Of a stretch of DNA of 62,239 bases, positions 17,274 to 26,544 are shown piece by piece. A program made the position numbers and the translations under genes. This DNA comes from Candidatus Limnocylindrales bacterium. GTDB lineage: Bacteria > Chloroflexota > Limnocylindria > Limnocylindrales > CSP1-4. Below the pieces are notes generated by a model that ran no database searches, was not told where the DNA came from, and worked only from the letters and a program-made list of their open reading frames with translations. The stretch is from contig JBKJHI010000003.1 in assembly GCA_046599085.1 (NCBI GenBank), positions 1-62,239 of the forward strand, read 5' to 3'. Position 1 is the stretch's first letter. Each line of letters starts with the position of its first letter.

Positions 17274-17696
17274 ATGGCTGGCCGCGAGGATCTCATCGAC
17301 GCGATCGCCGGGTTCGGCCTGTTTGCCGATCTGACGTCACCGCAGCTGGCGCGCATCGTCCACACGTTCGAGGAGGTCGCGTACGCCGACGGCGAGCGCG
17401 TGCTTCGACAGGGCATCAGCGGCTCGGCCTTCCACGTGATCGTCGATGGCGAGGCGATGATCGTCGTCGATGGTCATGAGCGGGCCACGCTCGGTCGCGG
17501 CGACTTCTTCGGGGAAGTGTCGATCCTCCTGGGCGAGCCGCCCATCGCCGATGTCGTGGCATCCCGCCCGCTGCGCTGCCTCGTCCTCGCGGGCCCGGCC
17601 GTGGAGGCCTTCCTTGTCGAGCATCCCAATGTCATGTATCGGATGCTCCAGGCGCAGGCTCGTCGCCTGCGAGCCGCGAACCGATGGCGGAGCTGA
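17274..17696 (+). CDS. stand-alone cyclic-nucleotide-binding-like domain protein (cassette Arg replaced)
   Basis: 140 aa. The cassette reads FFGEVSILLGEPPIADVVA, so the usual R-[ST]-A is P-I-A. Confidence 0.8.
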   Translation: MAGREDLIDAIAGFGLFADLTSPQLARIVHTFEEVAYADGERVLRQGISGSAFHVIVDGEAMIVVDGHERATLGRGDFFGEVSILLGEPPIADVVASRPLRCLVLAGPAVEAFLVEHPNVMYRMLQAQARRLRAANRWRS

Positions 17697-19210
17697 CCCG
17701 ACCGTTCCCGCCGGGCGACTACCCGGTCGTCGTCATCGGCTCCGGGCCCGGCGGGCTCCAGGTCTCCTCTTCGTTGTCGGCGTTGGGTGTCGATCATGCC
17801 GTCATCTCCGCCGACGCCGGTCCGGGCGGCATGTTCCGGCACTGGCCGTTCTTCCAGCGGCTGCTCTCCTGGACGAAGCCGCACGCCCCGGTCGACCGAG
17901 GCACGCGGACCTACGAACGCTATGACTGGAACAGCCTCCTGACGGACGATCCGGCGGCCCGCGCCATCCAGCCGGAGCTGATGGACGGCTCGTCGTACTT
18001 CCCGTCGCGGCCGGAGATGGAGGCGAACCTGGCGGCGTTCGCCGAACGGGCAGGAGTGCAGGTCCGCTACGAGTGCGCCTGGACCGGGACGCGGCGCGAG
18101 GATGGCCCGGCCGGGGAACGACTCGTGGTCGAGACGGTCGACGGGGAGTACCGCTGCGAGGCCCTCGTCGTCGCGGTCGGTGTGTCGCAGCCGTTCACCC
18201 CGCCCGGCGAGGGGATGGAGCACGCCTATCACTACGCCGAGGTGCGCCCCGCCGAGTCCTACGCCGGTCGACGCATCTTCATCATCGGCAAGCAGAACTC
18301 CGGGTTCGAGCTGGCGAGTGGCCTGCTGCCATGGGCGCGCCAGCTGATCCTGGCCTCGCCGTCCGCGACGAAGCTGTCGGTCGATACGCGCTCGCTCGTC
18401 GGCGTCCGCGCCCGTTACGTCCAGCCGTTCGAGGACTACGTGCTGGGTGGTGGGGTCGCGGTGCTCGATGCCTCGATCGATCGGATCGCGCCGCTGGCGG
18501 ACGGGGTCGGCTTCGAGGTGCGGGTTCGCCGTTCGGACGGCGGGCCAGACCTGTCCGTCGAGGTCGACGACGTCATCTCGGCCACGGGTTTCGTGTCACC
18601 CCTGCTGGATCTGCCGGATCTCGGCGTGACGACGTTCGGGGCAGCGCGCCTGCCGACCCAGACCTCGTGGTGGGAGAGCCAGAGCGTGCCCGGGATCTAC
18701 TTCGCCGGCACGATCGGCCAGGGGTCGAAAGGCCTGCGCAAGCACGGCATGCCGAGCAACTCAGGGGCGGTCCACGGCGCTCGATACAACGCACGGGTCC
18801 TCGCCGGCCACCTCGCCGCGTCCCGATTCGGCGTGGCTCGACCGCGGCCGGCCATCGCAGCGTCCGACCTCGTCGGCTTCATCGCGACCGAGCTGACCGA
18901 GGGGCCAGAGCTGTGGCACCAGAAGGGCTACCTCGCGCGCGCCGTGACCGTCGATCCGACGCTGGGCCTCGTGGACGACGGCGTCCAGCCGTTGACGCAT
19001 CTCCTGGATGATCACGGCGCCGATGGCGTGGCGGTCACCCTGGAGGCAGATGGGACGGGGGCTCTCTATCCGGTCCTGTATGTCCAGCAGGAAGGTCGCC
19101 GGACCGAGGTGATCCTTGATCCCGATCCGTTGCTGCGGTACGACACCGAACCGGCGCGCGCCGCGATCGCCGACGCCGTTCGTCCGCTCATCGGCGGCGC
19201 CGCTGGCTGA
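17684..19210 (+). CDS. FAD/NAD(P)-binding oxidoreductase (flavin monooxygenase-like, two dinucleotide folds) with extra C-terminal domain
   Basis: VVVIGSGPGGL and FIIGKQNSGFELA Rossmann motifs. Overlaps the preceding cNMP-domain gene by 13 nt. Confidence 0.8.
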   Translation: MAELTRPFPPGDYPVVVIGSGPGGLQVSSSLSALGVDHAVISADAGPGGMFRHWPFFQRLLSWTKPHAPVDRGTRTYERYDWNSLLTDDPAARAIQPELMDGSSYFPSRPEMEANLAAFAERAGVQVRYECAWTGTRREDGPAGERLVVETVDGEYRCEALVVAVGVSQPFTPPGEGMEHAYHYAEVRPAESYAGRRIFIIGKQNSGFELASGLLPWARQLILASPSATKLSVDTRSLVGVRARYVQPFEDYVLGGGVAVLDASIDRIAPLADGVGFEVRVRRSDGGPDLSVEVDDVISATGFVSPLLDLPDLGVTTFGAARLPTQTSWWESQSVPGIYFAGTIGQGSKGLRKHGMPSNSGAVHGARYNARVLAGHLAASRFGVARPRPAIAASDLVGFIATELTEGPELWHQKGYLARAVTVDPTLGLVDDGVQPLTHLLDDHGADGVAVTLEADGTGALYPVLYVQQEGRRTEVILDPDPLLRYDTEPARAAIADAVRPLIGGAAG

Positions 19211-19261
19211 TTCGCCCGGCCTGTGCTCGGTCCGCATGCGCTCGCCCCGGATGTCCTGGTT

Positions 19262-19512
19262 CTGATGTCCTTTTCCCTGGCCCCGCGCCCTGGCTGGTCG
19301 CGTGATGCACCTCCGCGGCATCACCGCCTGACCGGAAATGGGTGCCAGCCAGCAACGACCCGTTGGGTGACCCTGACCGGCCGCCATTCAGGTGATGAGT
19401 TCGAGGTGAGGCCGATCTCGCGATGCAGCGGAGGTGCATCACCCAGGAACACCCGCGGTCGGCGGGAGCAAACGTGCATCACGAGACCTGCGCGATGTAG
19501 CGGAGGTGCGGC
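19262..19512. repeat. nested inverted-repeat element, copy 1
   Basis: CTGATGTCCTTTTCC (19262), GTGATGCACCTCCGCGGCATCAC (19302-19324), inverted GCGATGCAGCGGAGGTGCATCAC (19420-19442), inverted outer motif ..AAACGTGCATCAC (19464-19482), and an extra degenerate inner motif at 19492-19512. Confidence 0.75.
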
Positions 19513-19515
19513 TGG

Positions 19516-21552
19516 TCAGACCAGGTGTCGCGGGATCCGCTCCGACCAGGAGCGCGTGAAGAATCGTTCGCCATCGACATCGACCTGCAGATCGACACTC
19601 AGGTCGAAGTCCGTCGCGCTGCTCGTCTGGCGCGACACGGCCCGGATCTCGATCGCCGTCAGGGCGCCGTCACGATCGATCTCGCGCTCCTGCCAGCGAT
19701 AGACGACGTCGGCCGTCATCTCCGCCCGCGCCGGGTCCGCTGCATGGGCGGTGAGTCGCAGCGTCTCGGCGGCGTACAGGCGGCGGCCGTCCGGCACGAT
19801 GGCCTCACCACCGTCGTGGATGTGGACGGTCGTCGAGTCGGCGATGACGTCCTCCTCGATGCGCCACACCGGCGCGTCGTCCGCGGCCGGACCCTGACCG
19901 TCGAGCGGGACGGGGTCCAGCGACGCCAGCGCGGGCGGGTCCAGGCGGAACCCGGGCACATCCAGGTCGCCGGGACCGCCGGCGGGCGGGATGACCGGCA
20001 GCTCCAGACGGGACGGCGTGGCCGGTCCGCGATGGACGTCGAAGGTGCACGGGAACGGCGAGGGCCAGACGACGGGCCACAGCGACGACGACAGCGCGAT
20101 CCGGATCCGATGCCCAGGCGCCCAGCGATAGCCGGCGCTCCGCAATGGCACGCGGATCTCCTCGACGACGCCGAGTGGCATCGCCGCAGGAGCTGCATGC
20201 GACCGCCGGTGGGTCAGGTTCAGGAGGCCGGCACTGACCAGGGCCACCGATCCATCTGGCGCCACGTCGCCGAGACGCACGGACAGCATCGCGACAGGCG
20301 CATCCACGGCGAGGTGGACGACGATCTCCGGGACGCCGAAGACCTCCAGGCCGCCGTCGAGTGGCGTCGACGTGTACGTCGGACCGGCGTCCTCGTCGCG
20401 GCGCAGATCGCGGGCGAGACCGTTGGGCGGGCCACCTGCGCCCCAGGAGAGCGGCCCGCGGGTCCCCGTCGTCGGACGATGTGCAAAGCGGTCGACCCCG
20501 TCCCTGCCGCCCGCCTCGGCCTCGCTCGTCAGCCGGCCGTCGCCAAATGCCAGTGACCGGGTCGTCGTCGATGGATGCGGGAAGGCGCTCGTGGCTCGCC
20601 ACCGGCCGGCCGCCACGCGAGGGAACGCCTCGGGCGGTGACCAGTCGCGCTCGAACCAGACGACCGCCGGCTCATCGTCCCAGCCGTTCGTCTGGCCCCG
20701 CAGGTGTCGATCGAAGAAGCGCACGAACTCGTGCAGTTCGTCGATGTTCGGCCCGGGCTCCGCGTCATGCGGCCACGCGTGGTGCCACGGGCCCACGAGC
20801 GTGTGCGACGGCGCCGGACAGCGCGTTTGCATCCGCAACGCTGGATCCACGTACGAGTCCTGCCAGCCGCCCACATTGAAGATCGCCGCGGTGATCGCCC
20901 CGTAGTCCGGCGCGAGCGAGCCCTGCCGCCAGTACGGGCCATCGGTCTGCTCGCGCAGCCACGTGAACAGCCATGGCGGCGTGGCATCGAGTCGTTCCAG
21001 CCAGTCGGGGCGCCAGGCCTCGCCCCGGAACGCGGCCTCGGGCGGCATCGCGTTCATCGCCACCTGGCTGACCGCGTACTGCGACAACTCGCTGGCGGTC
21101 ACGCACCCCCCGCGGTAGTGCACGTCGTCGAGATAGCGATCGTCGGTCGCCATGACCGGGATGATCGCGCGCAGGTGCGGTGGCTGAAGGGCGGCGACCT
21201 GGATGGCGGTGAACCCGCCGTAGCTGATGCCCCACATCCCGACATTGCCATCGCACCAGGGCTGGTCGGCCAGCCACTCGACCGCGTCGTACCCATCGCG
21301 CGTCTCGTCGGCGGTGTACTCGTCGAGCGCGACTCCGAACGACGACCCGGTCCCGCGAACGTCGACCCGGCAGAGCACATAGCCCCTCGCCGCGAACCAC
21401 TGTCCGCGGCTCTCGTCGCTGGCTCGCCGCCAGTTGTCCTTGCCGTACGGGATCATCTCGAGGATCGCCGGAACCCGAGCATCGGTCCGCGGGCGCCACA
21501 GGTTGGCCGACAGCTGGACCCCGTCCCGTGCTGTGATCCGGACGTCCAGCAT
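19516..21552 (-). CDS. CocE/NonD-family hydrolase (S15 X-Pro dipeptidyl-peptidase-like)
   Basis: ARDGVQLSANLWRP, VDVRGTGSSFG and the nucleophile elbow GMWGISYGG. Start ATG 21552 (MLDVRI) preferred, because ATG 21651 would abut the divergent NUDIX start. Confidence 0.85.
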   Translation of the reverse strand: MLDVRITARDGVQLSANLWRPRTDARVPAILEMIPYGKDNWRRASDESRGQWFAARGYVLCRVDVRGTGSSFGVALDEYTADETRDGYDAVEWLADQPWCDGNVGMWGISYGGFTAIQVAALQPPHLRAIIPVMATDDRYLDDVHYRGGCVTASELSQYAVSQVAMNAMPPEAAFRGEAWRPDWLERLDATPPWLFTWLREQTDGPYWRQGSLAPDYGAITAAIFNVGGWQDSYVDPALRMQTRCPAPSHTLVGPWHHAWPHDAEPGPNIDELHEFVRFFDRHLRGQTNGWDDEPAVVWFERDWSPPEAFPRVAAGRWRATSAFPHPSTTTRSLAFGDGRLTSEAEAGGRDGVDRFAHRPTTGTRGPLSWGAGGPPNGLARDLRRDEDAGPTYTSTPLDGGLEVFGVPEIVVHLAVDAPVAMLSVRLGDVAPDGSVALVSAGLLNLTHRRSHAAPAAMPLGVVEEIRVPLRSAGYRWAPGHRIRIALSSSLWPVVWPSPFPCTFDVHRGPATPSRLELPVIPPAGGPGDLDVPGFRLDPPALASLDPVPLDGQGPAADDAPVWRIEEDVIADSTTVHIHDGGEAIVPDGRRLYAAETLRLTAHAADPARAEMTADVVYRWQEREIDRDGALTAIEIRAVSRQTSSATDFDLSVDLQVDVDGERFFTRSWSERIPRHLV

Positions 21553-21669
21553 GACCTCGACCTCGAAGCGCGGCTCGCTGGCGGGACGGTCGATCACGCG
21601 CCGGAGTCTACGGGTCGGGGCGGCCGCCCGGGCAGCGTCGGCCCGCCGCATGCGACGATGCACCTCGAC

Positions 21670-22239
21670 ATGGATGGACGATTCGAGCGGCGGTCGCGCC
21701 GCATCGCCTACGACAACCCGTGGATCACGGTCTGGCACGACGAAGTGACCCGGCCGGATGGTGCTGACGGCATCTATGGTGTCGTCCACTTCGAGAATCT
21801 CGCCGTCGGCGTCCTGGTCTTCGACGGCGAGGATCGGACCCTGCTGGTCGCCCAGCACCGCTACGCGCTGGATGAGGTCAGTTGGGAGATTCCGGAGGGT
21901 GGCGTGCCAGCGGGGGAATCGGCGCTCGATGGCGCCCAGCGCGAGCTGCGCGAGGAGACCGGCCTGACAGCGACGACATGGGTCGAGCTCGGACGCCTCG
22001 CCCTCTCCAACTCCGTCACCGACGAGCGCGCGGTGTTGTTCCTGGCCACTGGCCTGACCCAAGGCGACGCCGAGCCTGAGGCCACGGAATCGCTCGAACT
22101 GCGCTGGCTGCCGTTCAGTGAGGCGCTGGCGATGACCCTCGACGGGCGGATCAGCGATGTCCTGAGCGTCGTGGCCATCGAACGCGTCGCGCTCGCCCGC
22201 CAGCTCGCCGCCGCGGCAGACCTGCAGTCGCGGCCGTGA
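21670..22239 (+). CDS. NUDIX hydrolase (ADP-ribose pyrophosphatase-like)
   Basis: Nudix box GGVPAGESALDGAQRELREETGL. Start ATG 21670 or 21658. Confidence 0.85.
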   Translation: MDGRFERRSRRIAYDNPWITVWHDEVTRPDGADGIYGVVHFENLAVGVLVFDGEDRTLLVAQHRYALDEVSWEIPEGGVPAGESALDGAQRELREETGLTATTWVELGRLALSNSVTDERAVLFLATGLTQGDAEPEATESLELRWLPFSEALAMTLDGRISDVLSVVAIERVALARQLAAAADLQSRP

Positions 22240-23423
22240 CCACCGACCGTCGAGACTGGGATGTGATCGTGATCGGCCTGGGTGCCATCGGGTCTGCCGC
22301 CGCGTATTGGGCGAGCACCCGGCCCGGGACGCGGGTGCTCGGCCTCGAGCGCTTCGAACTGGGGCACGCCAACGGGGCCTCCGCCGACCACAGCCGCATC
22401 ATCCGGCTGTCCTACCACCGACCGGACTACGTGCGGCTGGCGAAACGGGCGTACGCCACCTGGGCCGACGTCCAGGACGAGGCGGGCGGGCCGCCGATCG
22501 TGACCATCACCGGGGGCCTGGACCTGTGGCCAGACGACCCCACGATCCCCAAGGCCGACTACACGGACAGTCTGGCCTCGGAGGACGTTCCCTTCGAGCT
22601 GCTCGACGCCGGCGAGGTCATGCGCCGCTGGCCCCAATGGCACCTGACCGATGACGTGACCGCGATGTTCCAGCCGCAGGGCGGCCTGGCTGACCCGTTC
22701 CGTGGCAACGCCGCGCACCGGCGGCTGGCGACGGAGCGCGGTGCGACCCTCCTGGACCGGACCCCGGTCACCGCCATCCGACCGATGGCCGGCGATGGCT
22801 ACGACGTCGACGCCGGTGGCGTGACCTATGGCACGCATCGTGTCGTGATCACCGCGGACGCCTGGACGAACGACCTCCTGGCCTCGTTCGATCGGCGCTT
22901 GCCGCTGACCATCACGAAGGAACAGGTGACGTACTACGCCTGCCCGGATCCGCAGGCCTTCGCGCCCGACCGATTCCCGGTCTGGATCTGGATGGACGAG
23001 CCGTCTTTCTACGGCTTCCCGACGTATGGCCAGGCCGGGCCCAAGGCCGCGCAGGACTGCGGCGGCCAGCCGACGACGCCGGACGACCGGACGTTCGAGC
23101 GAGACGACCCGGCGTTCGAGCGGCTCGGCGCGTTCCTCGCTGAGCGCCTGCCGGGCGCAGTCGGCCCACCGATCCTGACCAGGACCTGCCTGTACACGCT
23201 GACGCCCGACCGCGACTTCGTCGTCGACCGCGTACCGGACGCTCCCGGGGTCCTGGTCGGCCTCGGCGCGGCACACGGCTTCAAGTACGCGAGCGTACTG
23301 GGTCGTGTCCTGGTCGAACTGGCGATCGACGGCACCTCGCCCTCCGACGGCGAGCTCGACGCCTTCCGGATCGACCGGCCGATCCTGCTCGAGGAGGCTC
23401 CCTCGACGCACTGGATGGTCTGA
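22236..23423 (+). CDS. monomeric sarcosine oxidase / N-methyl-L-tryptophan oxidase-like flavoenzyme
   Basis: WDVIVIGLGAIGSAAAY FAD fold and MSOX-like C-terminal half (TPDRDFVVD, GLGAAHGFK). GTG start overlaps the NUDIX stop (GTGA). Confidence 0.85.
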   Translation: MTTDRRDWDVIVIGLGAIGSAAAYWASTRPGTRVLGLERFELGHANGASADHSRIIRLSYHRPDYVRLAKRAYATWADVQDEAGGPPIVTITGGLDLWPDDPTIPKADYTDSLASEDVPFELLDAGEVMRRWPQWHLTDDVTAMFQPQGGLADPFRGNAAHRRLATERGATLLDRTPVTAIRPMAGDGYDVDAGGVTYGTHRVVITADAWTNDLLASFDRRLPLTITKEQVTYYACPDPQAFAPDRFPVWIWMDEPSFYGFPTYGQAGPKAAQDCGGQPTTPDDRTFERDDPAFERLGAFLAERLPGAVGPPILTRTCLYTLTPDRDFVVDRVPDAPGVLVGLGAAHGFKYASVLGRVLVELAIDGTSPSDGELDAFRIDRPILLEEAPSTHWMV

Positions 23424-23592
23424 CGGAGCGCCGTTTGTGGTGGCCCACGCTGCGCACCGCGATTTGCACCACCCCCCGGCGTGTGCCAAGGTACCCGCCA
23501 GTCGGCTCGGGGAGGAGTCGGCGCGACCGCTGCGAGGGGAATCCGTTCTGCGGCCCAGGGTGATGCATCCGGGCCCGATCGAGGAGGTACCG

Positions 23593-25491
23593 ATGCGTTC
23601 ACCCATGCGTACCCGGCTGGGGCGCGCGCTTGCCGCGACCGGCTTGACGCTGGCCCTGCTGGTCCCGGGGGTCGCGCCGGTCACGGCGCAGACCTCCAAC
23701 GTGCTTCGCGTCGGGACCGGGCAGGATCTGGATTCGATGAATCCGTACCAGACAGCGCTCGTCGTCGGGTTCGAGGTCTTCACGCTCAACTACGAGTTGC
23801 TCGTCGGGTTCGGCCAGGCGCTGGAGCCCGTCCCGGGCTTCGTGGACTCGTGGACCGTCAACGACGCTGGCACCGAGTACACGTTCAAGATCGCCCCGGA
23901 CAAGCTGTGGTCCGACGGGACCGCTGCGACGTCCGAGGACGCCCGATTCTCGCTCCAGCTGTTGCTTGACGCAGTGGCATCGGACGCCGGCGCGATGTGT
24001 CTCGGTTACATCGATCCGTACCTGACCAACGCCGGCGTGAGCGCCGTCGCGGCACCGGATCCGGAGACGCTCGTCGTGACGCTCGATCGGGCGAACGACC
24101 GCATCCTCAAGACGTATGTCCCGATCCTGCCCGCGCACGTCTGGGCGGACAAGGCCGACACGATCTGCGACGACCAGTTCGTCGCGCCGATCGTCGGATC
24201 CGGCCCGTACCAGGCGCAGGAGTGGCAGACCGGCCAGTTCGTGCGCTTCACGAAGAACCCCAACTACCGCAGCGAGCTCGCGGCTGATGCGATCGTGATG
24301 CAGTTCTTCAAGACGGAAGACACGATGGCGCAGGCGCTGCGCAACGACGAGCTCGACTACGCCCAGAGCCTGCTGTCCGACCAGTTCGACCAGTTGCAGG
24401 GCGAGGCCGGCATCACGACGGTCGCCGGCACGGCGAACGGCTTCACGGAGCTCGGCTTCAACACGTACGGCACAGGGACCGGTAACACGATCCCTGGCGG
24501 TGGCCCGTCCACGCCGGCACTGCTCGACGCGGCGTTCCGCGACGCCCTCGGCTATGCGATCGACAAGGAGCTCCTGGTCGATCGCGTCCTGGGTGGCTAT
24601 GGCGACGTTGCCACGACACAGGTCCCGCCGTTCCAGACGGCCTGGCACACCGAACCGGCCGCGCCACGCACGTTCGATATCGCGCTGGCCGACCAGAAGC
24701 TCACGGCGGCGGGGTACGTCGTCAACGCGTCCGGAGCCCGGCTGGACAAGGAGGGCAACCCGATCGTCCTCGACATGGTCTTCCCCGACTCGGACACGAC
24801 CTATGCCACCGCCGCGGAGTTCATCACGACGTGGTGGGCGGACCTTGGCATCACGGTGAATGCGGCCCAGTACGACTCGGACACGCTGATCGACCTGATG
24901 CTGTCGCCTGAGGCCGATCCGGAGGCCGACTACACCGCCGACTACGACCTGTTCATCTGGGGTTGGGGCGGTGATGTCGACCCGAACTCGCTGCTCGAGA
25001 TCTTCACCTGCGACCAGATCGGTGGCTCGAGCGACAGCCTGTACTGCAACCCAGCGTACGACGCCCTGTTCAAGGAACAGAACGAGGCGACCACGCCGGA
25101 AGCGCGCAAGGCCGCGATCGACCAGATGCAGGAGATCATGTACGACGAAGCGCCGTACCACATCCTGTACTACGACGCGTCGCTCCACGCCTACCGCTCC
25201 GATCGGTTCACCAACTGGGTGAACCAGCCCGACAACGGAACGCCGCTCTTCGGCTACGGCCCGTACGGCTACACCCAGCTCAAGCTGGCCGGCTCGGAGC
25301 CCGAACCGACCGCCGCCCCGAGCGACGGCGGGGCCCCGACGGCAGCACCCAGCAGCGTCCCGACGGATCCGGGCACGACCGGCGGTGACAGCAGCACGAT
25401 CCTCATCGTGATCCTGGCCCTCGTGGCCATCGCCGTCGTCGCGTTGGTGCTGGTTCGTCGACGACGGGTCGCCACCGTGGAGGACGAGTGA
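23593..25491 (+). CDS. ABC transporter substrate-binding protein (family 5, peptide/nickel) with C-terminal TM anchor
   Basis: GAGGAGG RBS upstream of ATG 23593, signal peptide without a lipobox Cys, DppA/OppA-like body. The tail has a Pro/Ala linker followed by ILIVILALVAIAVVALVLVRRRR. Confidence 0.9.
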   Translation: MRSPMRTRLGRALAATGLTLALLVPGVAPVTAQTSNVLRVGTGQDLDSMNPYQTALVVGFEVFTLNYELLVGFGQALEPVPGFVDSWTVNDAGTEYTFKIAPDKLWSDGTAATSEDARFSLQLLLDAVASDAGAMCLGYIDPYLTNAGVSAVAAPDPETLVVTLDRANDRILKTYVPILPAHVWADKADTICDDQFVAPIVGSGPYQAQEWQTGQFVRFTKNPNYRSELAADAIVMQFFKTEDTMAQALRNDELDYAQSLLSDQFDQLQGEAGITTVAGTANGFTELGFNTYGTGTGNTIPGGGPSTPALLDAAFRDALGYAIDKELLVDRVLGGYGDVATTQVPPFQTAWHTEPAAPRTFDIALADQKLTAAGYVVNASGARLDKEGNPIVLDMVFPDSDTTYATAAEFITTWWADLGITVNAAQYDSDTLIDLMLSPEADPEADYTADYDLFIWGWGGDVDPNSLLEIFTCDQIGGSSDSLYCNPAYDALFKEQNEATTPEARKAAIDQMQEIMYDEAPYHILYYDASLHAYRSDRFTNWVNQPDNGTPLFGYGPYGYTQLKLAGSEPEPTAAPSDGGAPTAAPSSVPTDPGTTGGDSSTILIVILALVAIAVVALVLVRRRRVATVEDE

Positions 25492-25575
25492 CCGAGCGGG
25501 TGACCGCGCGGATGTCGTCGCTCACAATCGGAGGTCGCGTGATCGCGGCCTCCGCCCGCTGACCGCCAGCGCGCC

Positions 25576-26544
25576 ATGGGGTTCGTCGCCAGGCGCCTGA
25601 TCCAGGCTGTTCTGACGATCCTGTTCATCGTCGTCCTCAACTTCATCCTGTTCCGGATGATGCCCGGTTCGCCAGAGCGGGTCCTGACCCGGAACCCAAA
25701 TATCTCGGCCCAGGTCAAGGCCGATCTGCGCGAGAAGTGGGGCCTCGACAAGCCGCTCATCCCTGACCAATTCGTGGCGTTCATCGGCGCGACGGCGCAG
25801 GGCGATCTGGGCCTGTCGTACAAGTACCGCGGCCTGCCCGTCACCGAGGTCCTGGGCAGCCGCATCTGGCCGACCGTGATCCTGTTCGGGCTTGGCGAGA
25901 TCATCGCCATCGTCGTCGGGATGGCGCTCGGTGCGTATGCCGGGTGGCGGAAAGGAGGGCCGGTCGACTATGTCGGCAACGGCATCTCGCTCATCCTCTA
26001 CTCGACGCCCTATTTCGTGCTGGGCATGTTCCTGCTCGTCATCTTCGCGTCGACCCTCGGCTGGTTCCCGACCTTCGGCATGCTCACGGCGGGACGGCAA
26101 TTCGAGTCGTTCGCCGACCAGCTGCTCGACTTCGGCCACCACTTGTTCCTTCCGCTGGCGACGGTGTCGCTCGGACTGATCGGGCTGTACTCGATCCTCA
26201 TGCGTTCATCGATCATCGAAACACTGTCGGAGGACTACGTCCAGACGGCTCGAGCCAAGGGCCTGACGGACGGGCGCATCCTGCGCACCCACGCGCTGCC
26301 CAATGCGATGCTGCCGGCCGTGACGATCGTGGCCATCCAGTTCGGCTACGTCATCGCGGGGGCCATCACCGCCGAGGTCGTGTTCAACTGGCCCGGCATC
26401 GGGACCCTCACGGTCGATGCCCTGGCCGCGCGTGACTACCCGGTCCTGCAGGGCATCTTCCTGCTGCTGGCGGTCTCGGTCGTGGTGGCCAACCTGCTGG
26501 CCGACCTGGTGTACAGCCTGCTCGATCCGCGGGTCCGGACATGA
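25576..26544 (+). CDS. ABC peptide transporter permease (DppB/OppB-like)
   Basis: Multi-TM protein with an EAA-like loop (TARAKGLTDGRILRTHALPNA). Confidence 0.9.
   Translation: MGFVARRLIQAVLTILFIVVLNFILFRMMPGSPERVLTRNPNISAQVKADLREKWGLDKPLIPDQFVAFIGATAQGDLGLSYKYRGLPVTEVLGSRIWPTVILFGLGEIIAIVVGMALGAYAGWRKGGPVDYVGNGISLILYSTPYFVLGMFLLVIFASTLGWFPTFGMLTAGRQFESFADQLLDFGHHLFLPLATVSLGLIGLYSILMRSSIIETLSEDYVQTARAKGLTDGRILRTHALPNAMLPAVTIVAIQFGYVIAGAITAEVVFNWPGIGTLTVDALAARDYPVLQGIFLLLAVSVVVANLLADLVYSLLDPRVRT

Noticed and set aside
21553-21651. Longer CocE/NonD start at ATG 21651 (MRRADAARAA...)
   Set aside because: It would leave only about 6-18 nt for the divergent NUDIX promoter region, and the added residues are low-complexity. 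ATG 21552 precedes the conserved ..RDGV.L..... entry motif.
21655-21675. GATGCACCTCGACATGG at the NUDIX start as a third copy of the inverted-repeat motif
   Set aside because: It shares only the 10-nt core GATGCACCTC, lacks the self-complementary arm and the outer motif, and lies in a coding start. Judged coincidental.
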